DNA from: Mustelus asterias
Taxonomy: Eukaryota
Reading direction: 5' to 3'
Assembly (NCBI RefSeq): GCF_964213995.1
Contig: NC_135815.1
Location: forward strand, 2,542,001 to 2,606,000
DNA: 64,000 bases
A model generated the notes under the pieces. The model did not search any database. It was not told where the DNA came from and worked only from the letters and a program-made list of their open reading frames with translations. The position numbers and the translations under genes were made by a program. This document shows, piece after piece, positions 61,160 through 64,000 of the stretch (its first letter is position 1; the number at the start of each line of letters is the position of its first letter).

Positions 61160-61790
61160 CTATCCCACCAATAACCTGCCCTGCTCCCCCCATGCCAACA
61201 TAATAGTTAAGAAAGCCCATCAGTGCCTCTACTTTCTCAGAAGACTAAGGAAATTTGGCATGTCAGCTACGACTGTCACCAGCTTTTACAGATGCACCAT
61301 AGAAAGCATTCTTTCTGGTTGTATCACAGCTTGGTCTGGGGCTCCTGCTCTGCCCAAGACCGCAAGGAACTACAAAAGGTCATGAATGTAGCCCAATCCA
61401 TCATGCAAACCAGCCGCTTATCTATTAACTCTGTCTACACTTCCCACTGCCTTGACAAAGCAGCCAGCATAATTAAGGACCCCACGCACCCCGGACATTC
61501 TCTCTTCCACCTCCTTGCATCGGGAAAAAGGATACAAAAGTCTGAGGTCACATACCAACCGACTCAAGAACAGCTTCTTCCCTGCTGCCATCAGACTTTT
61601 GAATGGACTTACCTTACATTAAGTTGATCTTTCTCTACACCCGAGCTATGACTGTAACACTACATTCTGCACTCTCTCCTTTCCTTCTCTAAGAACGGGA
61701 TGCTTTGTCTGTATAGCGCGCAAGAAACTATACTTTTCATTGTATACTAATACATGATAAATCAAGTCAAATAAATCAAATCAAACTTTA
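61160..61790 (+). mobile_element. Rex1/Babar-type LINE 3' fragment
   Basis: KKAHQCLYFLRRLRKFGMS, YRCTIESILSGCITAW. Confidence 0.85.
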
Positions 61791-61844
61791 ATAAACGGTC
61801 TCTTAATGTGTCCTGTCATCTTGAAAGATTATCACATATGCACA

Positions 61845-62182
61845 CGCATGCACACACACACACAGGCATGCACACACACACACAGGCATGCACACACACG
61901 CACAGGCATGCACACACACGCACAGGCATGCACACACACGCACAGGCATGCACACACACGCACAGGCATGCACACACACACACAGGCATGCACACACACA
62001 CACAGGCATGCACACACACGCACAGGCATGCACACACACGCACAGGCATGCACACACACACACAGGCATGCACACACACGCACAGGCATGCACACACACG
62101 CACAGGCATGCACACACACACACAGGCATGCACACACACACACAGGCATGCACACACACACACAGGCATGCACACACACGCA
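61845..62182. repeat. 20-bp minisatellite (CACAGGCATGCACACACAC[A/G])n
   Basis: About 16 tandem units. Confidence 0.95.
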
Positions 62183-62325
62183 CTGTTCCCTTTAATCCTG
62201 CACTCTTTAGAATTGTACCATCAAGGTTAGATTATTCTCCCTGTTGCTTCTGTGAAAATACACCGCTGACCTTCCTCTGTATTAAATCTCTGAAGAATTT
62301 CATCCCTTGAAATTGTGAAACTTAC

Positions 62326-62435
62326 TTGTTGTAAAGGACGATGTCGGGAATCCAGATCATCTCAGAGGGCACACGGATTGAAGTAACATTGTCAAACTCG
62401 ACGGGATTCCATGTGAGTTTATAATCACACCATTC
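62326..62435 (-). CDS. CHRNA2: nAChR alpha-2 110-bp exon (loop A)
   Basis: TTTTTCAG|[37 protein letters not shown]|GTAAGT; phase 2 matches the next exon. Confidence 0.92.
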
Positions 62436-62914
62436 CTGAAAAAGACAGCGGGAATCAGGAATATGTCTGCTGGAATGAGGAGCTGTGACAGTGTGTGAGC
62501 AGACTGGAGAGTCAGTACGGAGAGTGAAGATTCACACACAGTTCCCAGAGAGAGTTGTTCACTGACCCTACTGAACCCCTGACCCAGTGATTCCACCCAC
62601 TTTGAGTGAACCAGCATAATTCAATAGCTGTGACAGGAATTAAATTATAATTAACTCGAGAGGTATCTTCACATCAACATTAAATGGAATGTATAGATTC
62701 ACATCCTCCGTCCTGGCACTCAACTTAAGGCAGTGCCTCATCCGCTCTGCAAGGTTTGCGCCAACAGGTCCATCAGTTCCACAGAGAAACATCAACGATT
62801 CAGCTGTTCCCCAAACCAAAACCAACAGGTCACAGAACCCCCAAATACAGAAGGAGGCCATTTGGCCCATCGAGTCTGCACCGACTCTCTGACAGAGCAT
62901 CTTACTCATGCCTT

Positions 62915-63210
62915 GGGGCAGCACGGTAGCATAGTGGTTACCACTGCTGACTCACAGGGACCCGGGTTTGATTCCCAGCTCGGGTCACTGTCTATGTGGA
63001 ATTTGCACGTTCTTCCTGTGTCTGCGTGGGTTTCCTCTGGGCGCTCCGGTTTCCTCTCACAGTCCGAAAAACATGCTGGTTAGATGCATTGGCTGTGCTA
63101 AATTCTCCCTCTGTGTACCCGAACAGGCGCCGGAGTGTGGCAACTAGGGGATTTTCACAGTAACTTCATTGCACTGTTAATGTAAGCCTACGTGTGACTA
63201 ATAAATAAAT
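62915..63210 (+). mobile_element. V-SINE
   Basis: tRNA head, V core and (TAAA)n tail. Confidence 0.85.
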
Positions 63211-63211
63211 A

Positions 63212-64000
63212 AGAACATAAGATATTAAGAAATAGGAGCAGGAGTAGGCCATCTAGCCCCTCGAGCCTGCCCCGCCATTCAATAAGATCATGGCTGATCT
63301 GACGTGGATCAGTACCACTTACCCGCCTGATCCCCATAACCCTTAATTCCCTTACCGCTCAGGAATCCATCCATCCGCGCTTTAAACATATTCAGCGAGG
63401 TAGCCTCCACCATCTCAGTGGGCAGAGAATTCCAGAGATTCACCACCCTCTGGGAGAAGAAGTTCCTCCTCAACTCTGTCTTAAACCGACCCCCCTTTAT
63501 TTTGAGGCTGTGTCCTCTAGTTTTAACTTCCTTACTAAGTGGAAAGAATCTCTCCGCCTCCACCCTATCCAGCCCCCGCATTATCTTATAAGTCTCCATA
63601 AGATCCCCCCTCATCCTTCTAAACTCCAACGAGTACAAACCCAATCTCCTCAGCCTCTCCTCATAATCCAAACCCCCTCATCTCCGGTATCAACCTGGTG
63701 AACCTTCTCTGCACTCCCTCCAATGCCAATATATCCTTCCTCATATAAGGGGACCAATACTGCACACAGTATTCCAGCTGCGGCCTCACCAATGCCCTGT
63801 ACAGGTGCATCAAGACATCCCTGCTTTTATATTCTATCCCCCTCGCGATATAGGCCAACATCCCATTTGCCTTCTTGATCACCTGTTGTACCTGCAGACT
63901 GGGCTTTTGCGTCTCATGCACAAGGACCCCCAGGTCCCTTTGCACGGTAGCATGTTTTAATTTGTTTCCATTGAGATAGTAATCCCATTTGTTATTATTT
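63212..64000 (-). mobile_element. CR1 3' part, continuing beyond the window
   Basis: ORFs 63661..63945 and 63309..63671. Confidence 0.92.

Noticed and set aside
61803-62310. Cys/His-rich ORFs on both strands
   Set aside because: Intronic 20-bp CA-type minisatellite

Overview
Eukaryotic, repeat-dense vertebrate DNA. The SINE/LINE families (V-SINE/HE1-like, DeuSINE-like, CR1, Penelope-like) point to a cartilaginous fish, probably a shark (inference). There are two host genes. (1) The last three coding exons of a neuronal nicotinic acetylcholine receptor alpha subunit, best matching CHRNA2, lie on the minus strand (62435 to 54192). (2) A multi-exon immunoglobulin-superfamily receptor lies on the plus strand (~1048/9647-20244). 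It has two germline-joined V-J type domains and no RSS, followed by a Cys-containing stalk exon, a TM exon and a cytoplasmic YxxM exon. It carries several lesions and is probably a pseudogene copy of a family. The rest is mostly nested mobile DNA: many CR1 LINEs (one with an intact 960-aa ORF2), a very young Ty3/Gypsy element, Penelope-like fragments, SINEs, MITEs and minisatellites. Mechanistic signals seen in the mobile DNA: a 14-bp self-complementary primer-binding region in the Gypsy element instead of a tRNA PBS; a T_TTA_AAC -1 slippery site at the ORF1/ORF2 junction of two different CR1 subfamilies; and covarying minimal hammerhead ribozyme motifs in the Penelope terminal repeats. Transposon boundaries are approximate unless a TSD or terminus is quoted.
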